DNA from: the human T2T-CHM13v2.0 reference genome, Homo sapiens
Length of the DNA: 64,000 nt
Assembly: GCF_009914755.1 (NCBI RefSeq)
Contig: NC_060925.1
Strand: one strand, 5' to 3'
The notes below the pieces were generated by a model. The model had not been told where the DNA came from. It made no database searches and worked only from the letters and a program-made list of their open reading frames with translations. Made by a program: the position numbers and the translations under genes. This document shows positions 1 through 12,100 of this stretch, piece after piece (position 1 is the first letter of the stretch; each line of letters begins with the position of its first letter).

Positions 1-375
1 TTGTAGATTTTTCTTAGATACTCTTTATCAGGTTGAGGAAACGTGCTTGTATTACTTGTTTACTGAGCATTTTTAACATGAATGAATGCTGAATTTTCTC
101 AAATGCCCTTTATTTTGATTATGACATTAATTGATATGAACATAAGGTCTTTCTTCTTTAGTCTATTAATATAGTGGATTATGCTGATTGATTTTTCCAA
201 TGTTGAACCAGCTTGGCATTCCCCAACTAAATCCTATTGGTTGTGATGTATTTTGTATGTGTATATGTATAAAATTTGTAATTTGGTTTATATATATTTG
301 ATTTGAAATATATTTGAATATATATTTATTTGAAATTGTTTTATGTATATGTATAAAATGATTCGATTTGCTAAT
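1..375 (-). mobile_element. Old L1M ORF2 fragment
   Basis: Antisense L1 motifs: atcaggttgaggaa, atgttgaaccagcttggcattcc, gatttgctaat. Confidence 0.7.
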
Positions 376-944
376 ATATATAATTTATAATTTGATTAGC
401 AAATTAAATCCATATATATTTATATATGTAACCCACATATATATTTTTATACATATAGCAAATATATCTTTAACAAAAAATATAACAACTATATCTGTGG
501 CTACCTATCAGGGATGGGTATAATATAGGAAGGCATATTGGTATGCATGTGGTTCCCCAACTGTATACAGTTGTAAAAATTCTTTGAGCTATATACTTTA
601 GGTTCGTGTAAGGTAGTCAGTTAAGAGTCTAGCATCACTTGCTTATCTGTCTGTCCTAGAACCTCTGGTGTCTCAGGTTTTTCTGATGAAAAGAAATTGA
701 GTTCTCCAAAAATAATTAGTAGGTTTCATCATATTAGTTAAAAATAATACTAGAGGAACATAAATTTAGAATATCCTGTGAAGGACAGTGCACCTTAAAA
801 GTTTTCAGAACCTCAGACATGCTGTAGATCAAACACAACACGCCATTCTTCATTGCAGCTCTTTTGAATGCATTATTTAAATACTATCTTTCAATGTTTC
901 CTTCAGATTTCTAATACTTAAATATACTGTTATATTTTTCTCAG

Positions 945-1086
945 TCTGAGGGAAAAGGCCATACCAATGCTGGAGATGCAATATATGAGGTGGTGAGTCT
1001 ACAGCGAGAGTCTGACAAGGAGGAACCAGTCACTCCTACTAGTGGAGGGGGTCCAATGTCACCCCAGGATGATGAAGCAGAAGAGG
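945..1086 (+). CDS. RABGAP1L: Internal coding exon of RAB GTPase-activating protein 1-like (acidic linker just before the TBC domain)
   Basis: Acceptor tatatttttctcag|TCT at 944/945 and donor GAGG|gtaaga at 1086/1087. The exon is 142 bp, phase 0 to phase 1, and open: [47 protein letters not shown]. This matches RABGAP1L as I recall it (continuing ESDNELSSGTGDV...). No downstream RABGAP1L exon was recognised in the window. Confidence 0.93.
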
Positions 1087-1339
1087 GTAAGAAGTTGGAC
1101 TTACTCAGTTTATTCTGTCTGTATAGCTGCTTTACTTACAATCTTCAGAGGAGGTGTGTGTGTTGTGGGTAGAAGTGGTGGTTATTCCTAACCTCTGTTA
1201 CCATTAGGCCAAATTCTACAAGGTGCAGAAAAGAATTTGGTTCATTTGGTTCCTAAGTTGCATAGTCTCCAGTGCCACTTTTGCAACTATTTAAATTTGA
1301 CAGCATCACTTGGCTGCTGTTGTTTTCTATTTTATTTCA

Positions 1340-1643
1340 ATTATTTTTATTTTTTATTTTCTTGAGATAGAGTCTCCCCTGTCACCCAGGTTGGAGTGCA
1401 GTGGAAAATCTCGGCTCCCTGCAACCTCTGCCTCCCGGGTTCAAACAATTCTCCTGCCTCAGCCTCCTGAGTAGCCAGATACAGGTGTGCGCCACCATGC
1501 TTGGCTACTTTTTTTTGTATTTTTAGTAGAGATGGGGTTTCGCCATGTTGGCCAGGCTTGTCTCAAACTCCTGACCTCAAGTAATCTGCCCGCCTCAGCC
1601 TACCAAAGTGCTGGGATTACAGGCGTGAGCCACTGCACCTGCC
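1340..1643 (-). mobile_element. AluS element
   Basis: T-rich tail followed by the reverse-complement Alu dimer, ending gtgagccactgcacctgcc. Confidence 0.95.
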
Positions 1644-1734
1644 CTCAATTAATTTTTTAAATTTTTTAGTTGTAATTATAGCCTTTTTTTTCTATTTTAT
1701 TTTTTCTATTTTATTCTTTGCATATATATATATA

Positions 1735-2524
1735 TTTTTAATACTTTAAGTTCTAGGGTACATGTGCACAACGTGCAGGTTTGTTACATATGTATACATG
1801 TGCCATGTTGGTGTGCTGCACCCATTAACTCGTCATTTATATTAGGTATCTCTCCTAATGCTATCCCTCCCCCCTCCTCCCACCCTATAACAGGCCGCAG
1901 TGTGTGATGTTCCCTTCCTGTGTCCAAGTGTTCTCATTGTTCACTTCTCACCTATGAGTGAGAACATGCGGTGTTTGGTTTTTTGCCCTTGCAATAGTTT
2001 GCTGAGAATGATGGTTTCCAGCTTCATCCATGTCCCTACAAAGGACATGAACTCATCATTTTTTATGGCTGCATAGTATTCCATGGTGTATATGTGCCAC
2101 ATTTTCGTAATCCAGTCTATCATTGTTGGACATTTGGGTTGGTTCCAAGTCTTTGCTATTGTGAGTAGTGCTGCAATAAACGTACGTGTGCACGTGTCTT
2201 TATAGCAGCATGATTTATAATCCTTTGGGTATATACCCAGTAATTGGATGGCTGGGTCAAATGGTATTTCTAGTTCTAGATCCTTGAGGAATCACCACAC
2301 TGTCTTCCACAATGGTTGAACTAGTTTACAGTGCCACCAACAGTGTAAAAGTGTTCCTATTTCTCCACATCCTCTCCAGCACCTGTTGTTTCCTGACTTT
2401 TTAACGATCGCCATTCTAACTGGTGTGAGATGGTATCTCATTGTGGTTTTGATTTGCATTTCTCTGATGGCCAGTGATGATGAGCATTTTTTCATGTGTC
2501 TGTTGGCTGCAGAAATATCTTCTT
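1735..2524 (-). mobile_element. 5'-truncated L1PA (3' UTR + ORF2 C-terminus)
   Basis: L1PA 3' end atactttaagttctagggtacatgtgcacaacg. Minus-strand ORFs MWHIYTMEYYAAIK and [20 protein letters not shown] are L1 ORF2. Confidence 0.95.
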
Positions 2525-2959
2525 GAAGTATCTTATGAGAAGTTTCAAATGATCTCCTGTGACTTTAGAATTTTCATGATTGTTACGTCATGTCCTGTTT
2601 CTCATTTGACATCATTCAATTCTTGTTTTTTTTTGTTGCTGTACCCCTTACCACTGCTTTTTTTTGGAAATAGTGGGGTATCTGCTCTATTTACTACATG
2701 GTTGCTGCTGAGCAATAACTGACCTCACAAAAAGCACATATCATATGGCTCTGTGCTCAATACTCTTTTTATACAAACTAGAGCTAAATGACAGATGTTT
2801 ACTTTTAAGACCTTGTATCATGTGCTTCTAGGGTATGGTTTATTAATAGTAAATTTCTTAATTTTTATTATCTTTGAAAAAAGCATCTTAGAATTCTCAG
2901 TCTTGCTTCTGTATGAAACTGTTTTTTTCTATGATTGCCATAAACATAATAATTATTTT

Positions 2960-3190
2960 TAGCTAATATTTATTTAGTGCTTACTATATGCTAAGAACAT
3001 TCCAAGTATTTCAAATATGTTAACTTATTTGAGTCTTACAATCCATGAATACTCTTATTAACTTGGTTTTAAGGATGAGAAACTGAGACACAGAGAGCAT
3101 CATCACTTGCTAAGCTCACTCAGCTTAAAGTGACAAAGCTGAGATCTGAGTCCAGGCTATCTGACTTTAAGATTTGTACTTGTAACTACG
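2960..3190 (+). mobile_element. MIR SINE
   Basis: MIR core gatgagaaactgagacacagagag...gctaagctcactcagc. Confidence 0.7.
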
Positions 3191-3239
3191 ACATTATTCG
3201 GTCAAGTTAGTCAGTTGACTAAAACATGAGAACAGCTCA

Positions 3240-6200
3240 CTTTTAAAACTAAGGTAAAATTCACATAACATGAAAATAACATGAAAACTTAAACATGTAC
3301 AACTCAGTGGCATTTTAGTACATTCACAATTTTGGGCAACCATCACCTCTATCTAGTTCTTAAACATTTTCGTCATCCAAGAGGAAATATTATACCTATT
3401 AAGCAGTCACTCTCTGTTCTCCCCTTTCCCTTCCCCCTGGCAGCCACTAATCTGCTTTCTATCTCTATGGCTTTACCTATTTTGCATAATTCATATAAAT
3501 GGAATCATACAAAATGTGACTTTTTGTGTCTGGCTTCTTTCACTTAGCACAGTGTTTTCTGAGCATATTGTTTCATCTACATTGATACATGATATAGCAG
3601 GTGTCAGTATTTCATTCCATTTTATGACTGAATAATAATTGTTTAGATAAAGCACATTTTGTTTATCCATTCATCTTTCAGTGGACACTGGTTGGTTCCA
3701 TATTTTGGCTATTGTGAATAATGCTGCAGTACACATGGGAGTGCAGCTGTCCCTTTGACATACTGGTTCATTTCCTTTGGATATATATGCAGTAGTAGGA
3801 TTGCTAGATTATATGGTAGTTCTATTTTTAATTTTTTGAGGAACCACCATAGTGTTTTTCATAGTGGTTGTACCAATTTGTATATCTACCAATAGTGTTC
3901 AAGGGTTCCCTTTTCTCCACATCCTTGGAAACACTTACTTTTGCTTTTTGGTAATAGCCGTTTTAATGGGTGTGAGATGATATCTCATTGTAGTTGTGAT
4001 TTCCATTTCCCTTATGATTAGTGATGTTGAGTACCTTTGCATATACCTGTTAGTCATTTGCATGTCTTCTTTTGAGAAATGTCTATTTAGGTCCCCTGTC
4101 CATTTAAATTTTTTTTTCTTTTTGCTATTGAGTTGTGCAAAATTCACATATATATGTGTATTTACATATGTATATGTATATGTATACAGGCTGTATACAT
4201 ATCTGTATATATACACACACATATACATATATGCATATATGTTATGAGATGTGTGATTTGCGAAATACTTTCTCTCATTCTGTAGGTTGCCCTTTCATAC
4301 TGTTGATTGTTTCCTTTGTTTTGCAGATGTTTTTTAGTTTGATGTAATCCCATTTATCTATTTTTGCTTTTGTTCCTTTTGCTTTTGGGGTTTTATCCAA
4401 AAAATCATTGCCCAAACCAGTGTCATGGAGCTGCTCCCCTTTGTTTTCTTCTAGTAGTTTAATTTAAGTCTTTAATCCATTTTTAGTTTATTTTTATGTA
4501 TGGTGGTGTGAGATAAAAGTCTAATCTCTAATTTCATTCTTCTGCATGTTGTGGATATCCAGTTTTTCCAAAACCATTTATTTGAAGAGACTGTTCTTTC
4601 CCCATTGTATGTTCTTGGCACCTTTGTTGAATGCCAGTTGGCTCTAAATACATGGAATTATTTCTGTTCTGTTTATCCCATTGGTCTATATGTCTGTTTT
4701 TATGCTGATCTCATGTTGTTTTGGTTACTTTAGCATTGCACTAGATTTTGAAGTCAGATAGTGTAATGCTTCCAGCTTTGATCTTTTTGCTCAAGATTGC
4801 TTCACCTATTTGGGATCCTTTGTGGCTCTATATGAATCTTAGGATTTTTTTTTCTATTACTGTGAAGAATGTCATTGGAATTTTGTTAGGGATTGTGTTG
4901 TGATCTGTAGATTTCTTTGAGTAGTATAGACATTTAAACATATTAATTCTTCCAATCCATGTACACAGTATATCACTCCACTTATTTGTATCTTCTTAAA
5001 TTTCTGTCATCAATGTCTTATAGTTTTCAGTGGAGAGATCTTTCACCTCATGGGTTAAATTTATTTCTAAGTATTTATCTTTTGTAGCTAATGGGATTTA
5101 AATGGGGTTTAAAAAATTAGTTTTCAGATAGTTTGCTGTTACTCTGTAGGAATTCTACTGATTTTTGTATCCTGCAACTTTACTGAATTTATGTATTAAT
5201 TCTAACAGTTTTTCGATGGAGTGTTTAGGGTTTGCTATAAATAAGATAATGTCATCTGCAAACCAGGACAATTTGATTTCTTCTCCAATTTGTATACCTT
5301 TTATTTCTTTCTCTTGCCTAATTGCTTTGGCCAGGACTCATTACTATTTTGAATAGAAGTGGCAAGAATAGGCATCCTTGTCTTGTTCTGAATCTTAGAG
5401 GAAAAGCTTTTAGCCTTTCCCCATTCAGTATAATGTTAGCTATGGGTTTGACATATATGGCCTTATTTTATCCAGGTATATCCCTTCTATACTTAATATG
5501 TTGAGAGTTTTTCACATGAAAGGATGTTGAATTGTGTCAAATGCTTCTTCTGTATTAGTTGAAATTATCATGTGATTTTTATCCTTCATTCTGTTCATGT
5601 GATGCATTACATTTACAGATTTGCATATGTTAACTCATTCTTGCATCTCCTGGATGAATCCCACTTGATCATGATGAATAATCTTTTTAATGTGCTGTTG
5701 TGTTTGGTATTCTAGTGTTCTGTTGAGGTTTTTTGCATCTGTGTTCTTCAGAAATATTGGCCTGTAGTTTTCATTTTTTGTAGTATCCTTGTCTGTGTCT
5801 GGCTTTGATATTAGTGTAATGCTGGCCTCATAAAATGAGATTGGAATTACTCTGTTCTCTTGAAATTTTTGGAAAAGTTTGAGAACAGTTGGTATTAATT
5901 CATCTTTCAGTCTTTGTTAGAATTCAGCGATGGAGCCATCAGGTCCTGAGCTTCCTTTTTTTGCTGGGAGACTGTTTATTACTGATCCAGTGTTATTACT
6001 CATTATTGGTTTGTTCAGATTTTCTATTTCTTGATAATTCAATCTTGGTAGGTTGTATGTGTCAAGGAATTATTCATGTCTTCTAGGTTGTTTAACTGTT
6101 TGAATATAACGGTCTATAACAGTATTTTATGATTCTTTGTATTTCTGTTGTATCAGTTGAAATGTCTCCTTGGTGTTCAGGAGCATATTGTTTAATTTCC

Positions 6201-6656
6201 ATGTATTTGTGAATTTTCCGAAGCTTTTTCTGTTATTAATTTGTTGTTTTATACTATTGTGGTTGAAAAAGATACTTGATACTATTTCAGTCTTCTTAAA
6301 TTTGTTAAGACTTGTTTTGTGGCCTAACATATGATCTGTTCTAGAGAATGTTTCATACACAGTTGAGGAGAATGTATATTGTGCAGTTGTTAGATGGAAT
6401 GTCTTATATATTATTTAGTCTAGAGTGTACATTAAGTCTGATGTTCCTTTATTGATATTCTGTCTGGATGATCTGTCCATTGCTGAAAGTGGGTTGTTGA
6501 AATCTCTTACTGTTTTTTGTATTGCAGAATATCTCTTCAGATCTATTAATGTCTGCTTTATATATAGGTACTTTGATGTTGAGTGCATATATTTACAATT
6601 GTTATAGTCTCTTGCTGAATTGACCTTTTTATTATATAATCACCTTCTTTGTCTCT
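3240..6656 (-). mobile_element. Old L1M (3' UTR and ORF2), interrupted at 6657 by a younger L1 and resuming at about 14200
   Basis: L1M-type 3' end (aaattcacataacat) and degenerate ORF2 peptides ([12 protein letters not shown]; FSRTDHMLGHKTSLNKFK). Contains a TA/TG microsatellite at about 4146-4240. Confidence 0.85.
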
Positions 6657-7040
6657 GAATTTTTTTAATTTTATTTTTTGTGGACACATAGTAGGTGTAT
6701 ATATTTATGGGGTACATGAGGTATTTTGGTAAAGAATGCAGTGTGAAATAAGCACATCATGGAGAATGGAGTATTTATTCTCTCATACTCTTTGAGAGTA
6801 TTCTCTCATACTCATATTCTCTCATACTCATTCTCTCATATAACTCTTTGAGTTACACACAATCCAGTTATATTTTTAAGTTATTTTAAATTGTACAATT
6901 AAGTTATTATTGACTATAGTCATCCTGTGTGCTGTCAAATACTAGGTCTTATTCATTCTTTCAATTTTTTTTGTACCTATTAACCATCCCCGCCTCCCCC
7001 TGCAACCCATCACTACTATTCCCAGCCCCTGGTAACCATC

Positions 7041-7407
7041 TGTATTAGTCTGTTCTCACACTGCTGTAAGGGTACTACCCAAGATTGGGTAACTTATAAA
7101 CAAAGGAGGTTTAATTGACTCACAGTTTTGCATGGCTGGGGAGGCCTCAGGAAATTTACAATCATGGCGGAAAGGGAAGCAGGTACTTTCTTCACAAGGC
7201 GGCAGGAGAGAGAGTGAGAGAGAGAAAAGGGAAGAGCCCCCTTATAAAACCATCAGATGTCATGAGAATTCATTCACTATCATGAGAATAGTATGGGGGA
7301 AACTGCCCCCATGATCCAGTCACCTTCTACTAGGTCTGTCCCTCAACAACTGGGGACTACAATTCAAGATGAGATTTGGGTGGGGGATGCAAAGCCTAAC
7401 CGTATCA
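7041..7407 (+). mobile_element. THE1D/MSTA-type MaLR solo LTR
   Basis: Runs tgtattagtctgttctcacactgct ... gagatttgggtggggg...cgtatca; 5-bp TSD ccatc/tcatc. Confidence 0.9.
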
Positions 7408-7456
7408 TCATCCTTCTACTCTCTGTGTCCATGACTTCAATTGTTTTGATTTTTAG

Positions 7457-7863
<407 letters not shown>

Positions 7864-8995
7864 TGACAGATGACTGGATCTTATTCTTTTTTATGATTGA
7901 ATAGTCCTCCGTTGCATGTAAGTATCACATTTTCTTTATCCATTTATCTGTTGATGGACACTTGGGTTGCTTCCAAATCTTAGTGATTGTAAACAGTGTT
8001 GCAACAAACACAGGAGTACACATATCTTTTTGCTACACTGATTTCCTTTCTTGTTGGAAATATACCCAGCAGTGGGATTGCTGGATCATATGGTAGCTTA
8101 ATTTTTAGTTTTTTGAGGAACCTCCAAACTGTTCTATATAGTGGTTGTACTAATTTACATTTCCACCAACAGTGTACAAGGGTTCTTTTATCTCTACATC
8201 ACTAGCATTTGTGATTGCCTGCCTTTTGGATGTAAGCTATTTTAACTGGGGTGAGATGATATCTCATTGTAGTTTTGATTTGCATTTCCCTGATGATCAA
8301 AGATGTTGAGCATCTTTTCATATGCCTGTTTGCCATTTGTATGTCTTTTTTTTTCTTGAGAAATGTCTATTCAAATCTTTTGCCCGTGTGTTAATCAGAT
8401 TATTCGATTTTTTTCCTACAGAGTTGTTTGAGCTGTTCCTTATATTTTCTGGTTATTAATCCCTTGTCAGATAGGTAGTTTACAAATATTTTCTCCCATC
8501 CTGTGAGTTATCTCTTCACTTTGTTAATTGCATCCTTTGCTGTGCAGAAGCTTTCTAACTTGATACGGTCTCATTTGTTCATGTTTGCTTTGGGTGCCTG
8601 TGTTTGTAGGGTATTACCCATGAAATTTTTGCCTAGACCAATGTCCTGGAGATTTTCCCCAGTGTTTCTTATAGTAGTTTTATAGTTTGAGGTCTTATAC
8701 TTGAGTCTTTAATCCGTTTTGTTTTGATTTTTGTATATGGTGAGAGGGGATTAGTTTCATCCTTCTGGATATGGATATTCAGTTTTCCCAGAACCATTTA
8801 TTGAAGAGACTGTTCTTTCTCCAATGTCTGTTTTTGGCACCTTTGTCAAAAAATATTTCACTGTAGACGTATGGATTTATTTCTGGGTTCTCTCTTCAGT
8901 TCCATTGGTCTATGTGTCTGTTTTTATGCCAGTCCCATGCTGTTTTGGTTACTATAGCTCTGTAGTATAGTTTGAAGTCAGTTGTGATTCTTGAA

Positions 8996-9185
8996 CTGCC
9001 TCAGCCTCCCGAGTAGCTGGGACTACAGGTGCCCACCACCACGCCTGGCTAATTTTTTGTAGTTTTAGTAGAGACGAGGTTTCACCGTGCTAGGCAGGAT
9101 GGTCTTGATCTGACCTTGTGATCTGCCCGCCTCGGCCTCCCAAAGTGCTGGGATTACAGGCATGAGCCACCACCACACCTGGCCA
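8996..9185 (-). mobile_element. Partial Alu (5' part only)
   Basis: ctgcctcagcctcccgagtagc ... cacacctggcc; the 3' part and tail are absent. Confidence 0.9.
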
Positions 9186-12100
9186 TAAATGGGATTATTT
9201 TTTAAAAATTCTTTTCCACGTTGTTGACAATTGGCATATGTAAATGCTACCAATTTTTGTATTGTAATTTGGTATCCTGTAACTTTATTGAATTTGTTGA
9301 TGAGTTTTAATAGTTTTGTGGTGGAGCCTTTAGGGTTTTCCAAATATAAGATTATGTCATCTGCAAAAAAGGATAATTTGACTTCTTTCTTTCCAATTTG
9401 GATGCCCTTTATATCTTTGTCCTGTCTCATTGCTCTAGCTAGGACTTGCAGTACTGTGTTGATTAACAGTGGTAACAGTGCTCTAGCTAGGACTTCTGGT
9501 GCTATATTGAATAACAGTGGTGATAGTGGGCATCCTGGTTGTGTTCCAGATCTTAGAGGAAAGGCTTTCAGTTTTTCTCCATTCAGTATGGTACTAGCTG
9601 TTGGTCTGTCATATATGGCTTTTATTATGTTGAGGTATGTTCCTTCTATCTCAAGCTTTTTTGAGGGTTTTTAATCATGAAGGGATGTGGAATTTTATCA
9701 AATGCTTTTTCAGTATCAATTCAAATGATCATAGTTTTTTTCCTTCATTCTGTTGATACGATGTATCACATTGATAGATTTGAACCATCCCTGCATCCCA
9801 GGGATAAATCTCAATTGGTCATCATGAATGATCTTTCTATAATGTATTGTTGAATTCTGTTTGCTGGTATTTTGTTGATGATTTTTGCGTGAGTATTTAT
9901 CAGAGATATTGGCCTATACTTTTCTTTTTTTTGATATGCGTTTGTCTGGTTTTGGTATCAGGGTAATACTGGCCTTGTAGAATGAGTCTGGACATTTGGA
10001 AGAGTTCCCTCGTCCTCTGTTTTGCAGTAGTTCGATTTGGATTGGTGTTAGTTCTTTAAATGTTTGATAGAATTCAACAGTGAAGTCATCGGTTCCTGGG
10101 CTTTTCTTTAGTGGGAGACTTCTTATTATTGCTTCAATCTCAGTACTTGTTATTAGTCTATTCAGGTCTTGGATTTCTTCATGGTTCAATCTTGGTAGGT
10201 TGTATGTGTCTAGGAATGTGTTCTATTCTTCTAGATTTTCCAATTCATTGGCATACAGTTGCGCATAGTAACCACTGATGATCCTTTGAATTTCTGCCAT
10301 CTCAGTGATAATGTCTCTGTTTTCCTTTCTGATCTTATTTATCTGTATCTTTTTGCTTTTTTTCTTAGTCTGGCTAAAGGTTTGTCAATTTTGTTGAACT
10401 TTTCAAGAAACCAGTGGTTTGTTTCATTGATTGTTCATTTTTTAAAGTTTCAATTTATTTGTTCTCTGATCTTTATTAGCTCTTTCCTTCAACTAATTTT
10501 GGGTTTGGTTTGCTTCTGCTTTTCTCATTTTTTTAAGATGCATCATTAGAAGGTTTATTTGAAGTTCTTCCTTTTTTTGATGTAGACAGTTATAGCTATA
10601 AACTTCCCTCTTTGTACTGCTTTTGCTGGGTTTCGGTATGTTGTGTTTCCTTAATCATTTATTTCACGAAATTTTTCAATTTCCTTCTCAATTTCTTCAT
10701 TGACCCACTGGTCGTTCAGGAGCGTATTGTTTAATTTCTCTGTATTTGTATAGTTTCCAAAATTCCTCTTTTTAACAATTTCTAGTTTTATTCCACTGTG
10801 GTCGAGAAGATGCTTGATATTATTTCAGTTTTTTTGGAATGTTTTAAAACTTATTTTGTGACCTAAAATATGGTCTGTCCTTGAGAATCATCTGTGTTCT
10901 GAGGAAAAGAATATGTATTCTGCAGCCATTGGATGAAATATTCTGTAAATATCTATGAGGTCCATTAGGTCTATGATGCAGATTAAGTCTGATGTTTCTT
11001 TGTTGATTTTTTTGTCTAGAAGGTCTGTCCAGTGCTCACAGTGGGGGTTTGAAGGTATTATTGTGTTGGGGTTTATCTTTCTCTTTAGCTCTAATAATAT
11101 TTGCTTTGTATATCTTGATGTTCCAGTGTTGAGGGCAGATATATTTAAAATTGTTGTATCTTTTTGCCGAATTGATCCCTTTATCATTATATGGTGACTT
11201 TCTTTGTCTCTCAGAGTTTTCTGTCTTGAAGTCTATTTTTCCACTATAAGTATAGCTATTCCTGCTCTTTTTTGTTTGTTTTCTTGTTTCAGTTGGCATG
11301 GAATATCTTTTTCCATCTCTTTATTCTCCGTCTATATGTGTCCGTGTAGGTGAAGTTTGTTTCTTGTAGGCAACAGATCAATGGGTTTTGCTTTTTCATT
11401 CATTTAGCCAGTCTGTGTCTTTTGATTGGAGAGTTTAGTCCATTTACATTCATTGTTATCATTTCTAAGTGAGGATGTACTTCTGCCATTTTGTAATTTG
11501 TTTTCTGATCTTCTTTCTTCCCTTCCTGTCTTTCTATAGTGAAGATGATTTTCTCTGTTGCTATGATTTCATTTCTTGCCTTTTTTTTTTTTTTTGAGAC
11601 ATGGTTTTGCCATGTTGCCCATGCTGTAGGATCTTTTCTTTATCCTTAGCCTTTGGGAGTTTGATTATCAAATGCCTTGACATAGTCTTCTTTGGGTTAA
11701 ATGTGCTTGGTGTTCTATAACCTTCTTGTACTTGAATATTGGTATCTTTCTCTAGGTTTGGGAATCCATTTCAATACATTTTCTACCCTATCTCTTTCTC
11801 TACCTCCTCTTTAAGGCCAATAATGCTTAGATTCGCACCTTTGAGCCTTTTTAAAGATCCTGTAGGCATGCTTCATTGTTTCTTATTCTTTTTCTTTTTG
11901 GCTTCTCTGACTGTATTTTCATATAACCTGCCTTTAGGCTCACTAATTCTTTCTTCTGCCTCATCAATTTTGCTATTAAAGGACTCTGATCTGTTCCTTA
12001 GCTCCAATTGCATTTTTCAGCTCCAGCGTTTCTGCTTAATCTGAAAAAATTATTTCAATCTCTGTTATATTTCTATGATAGATTTGTGAATTCCTTCTTT

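Noticed and set aside
990-1172. 60-aa [13 protein letters not shown]... as a stand-alone gene
   Set aside because: It starts at an internal GTG of the RABGAP1L exon and reads through the splice donor into the intron.
3935-4353. Y/I/H/T/M-rich ORFs
   Set aside because: These are translations of a TA/TG microsatellite inside L1.
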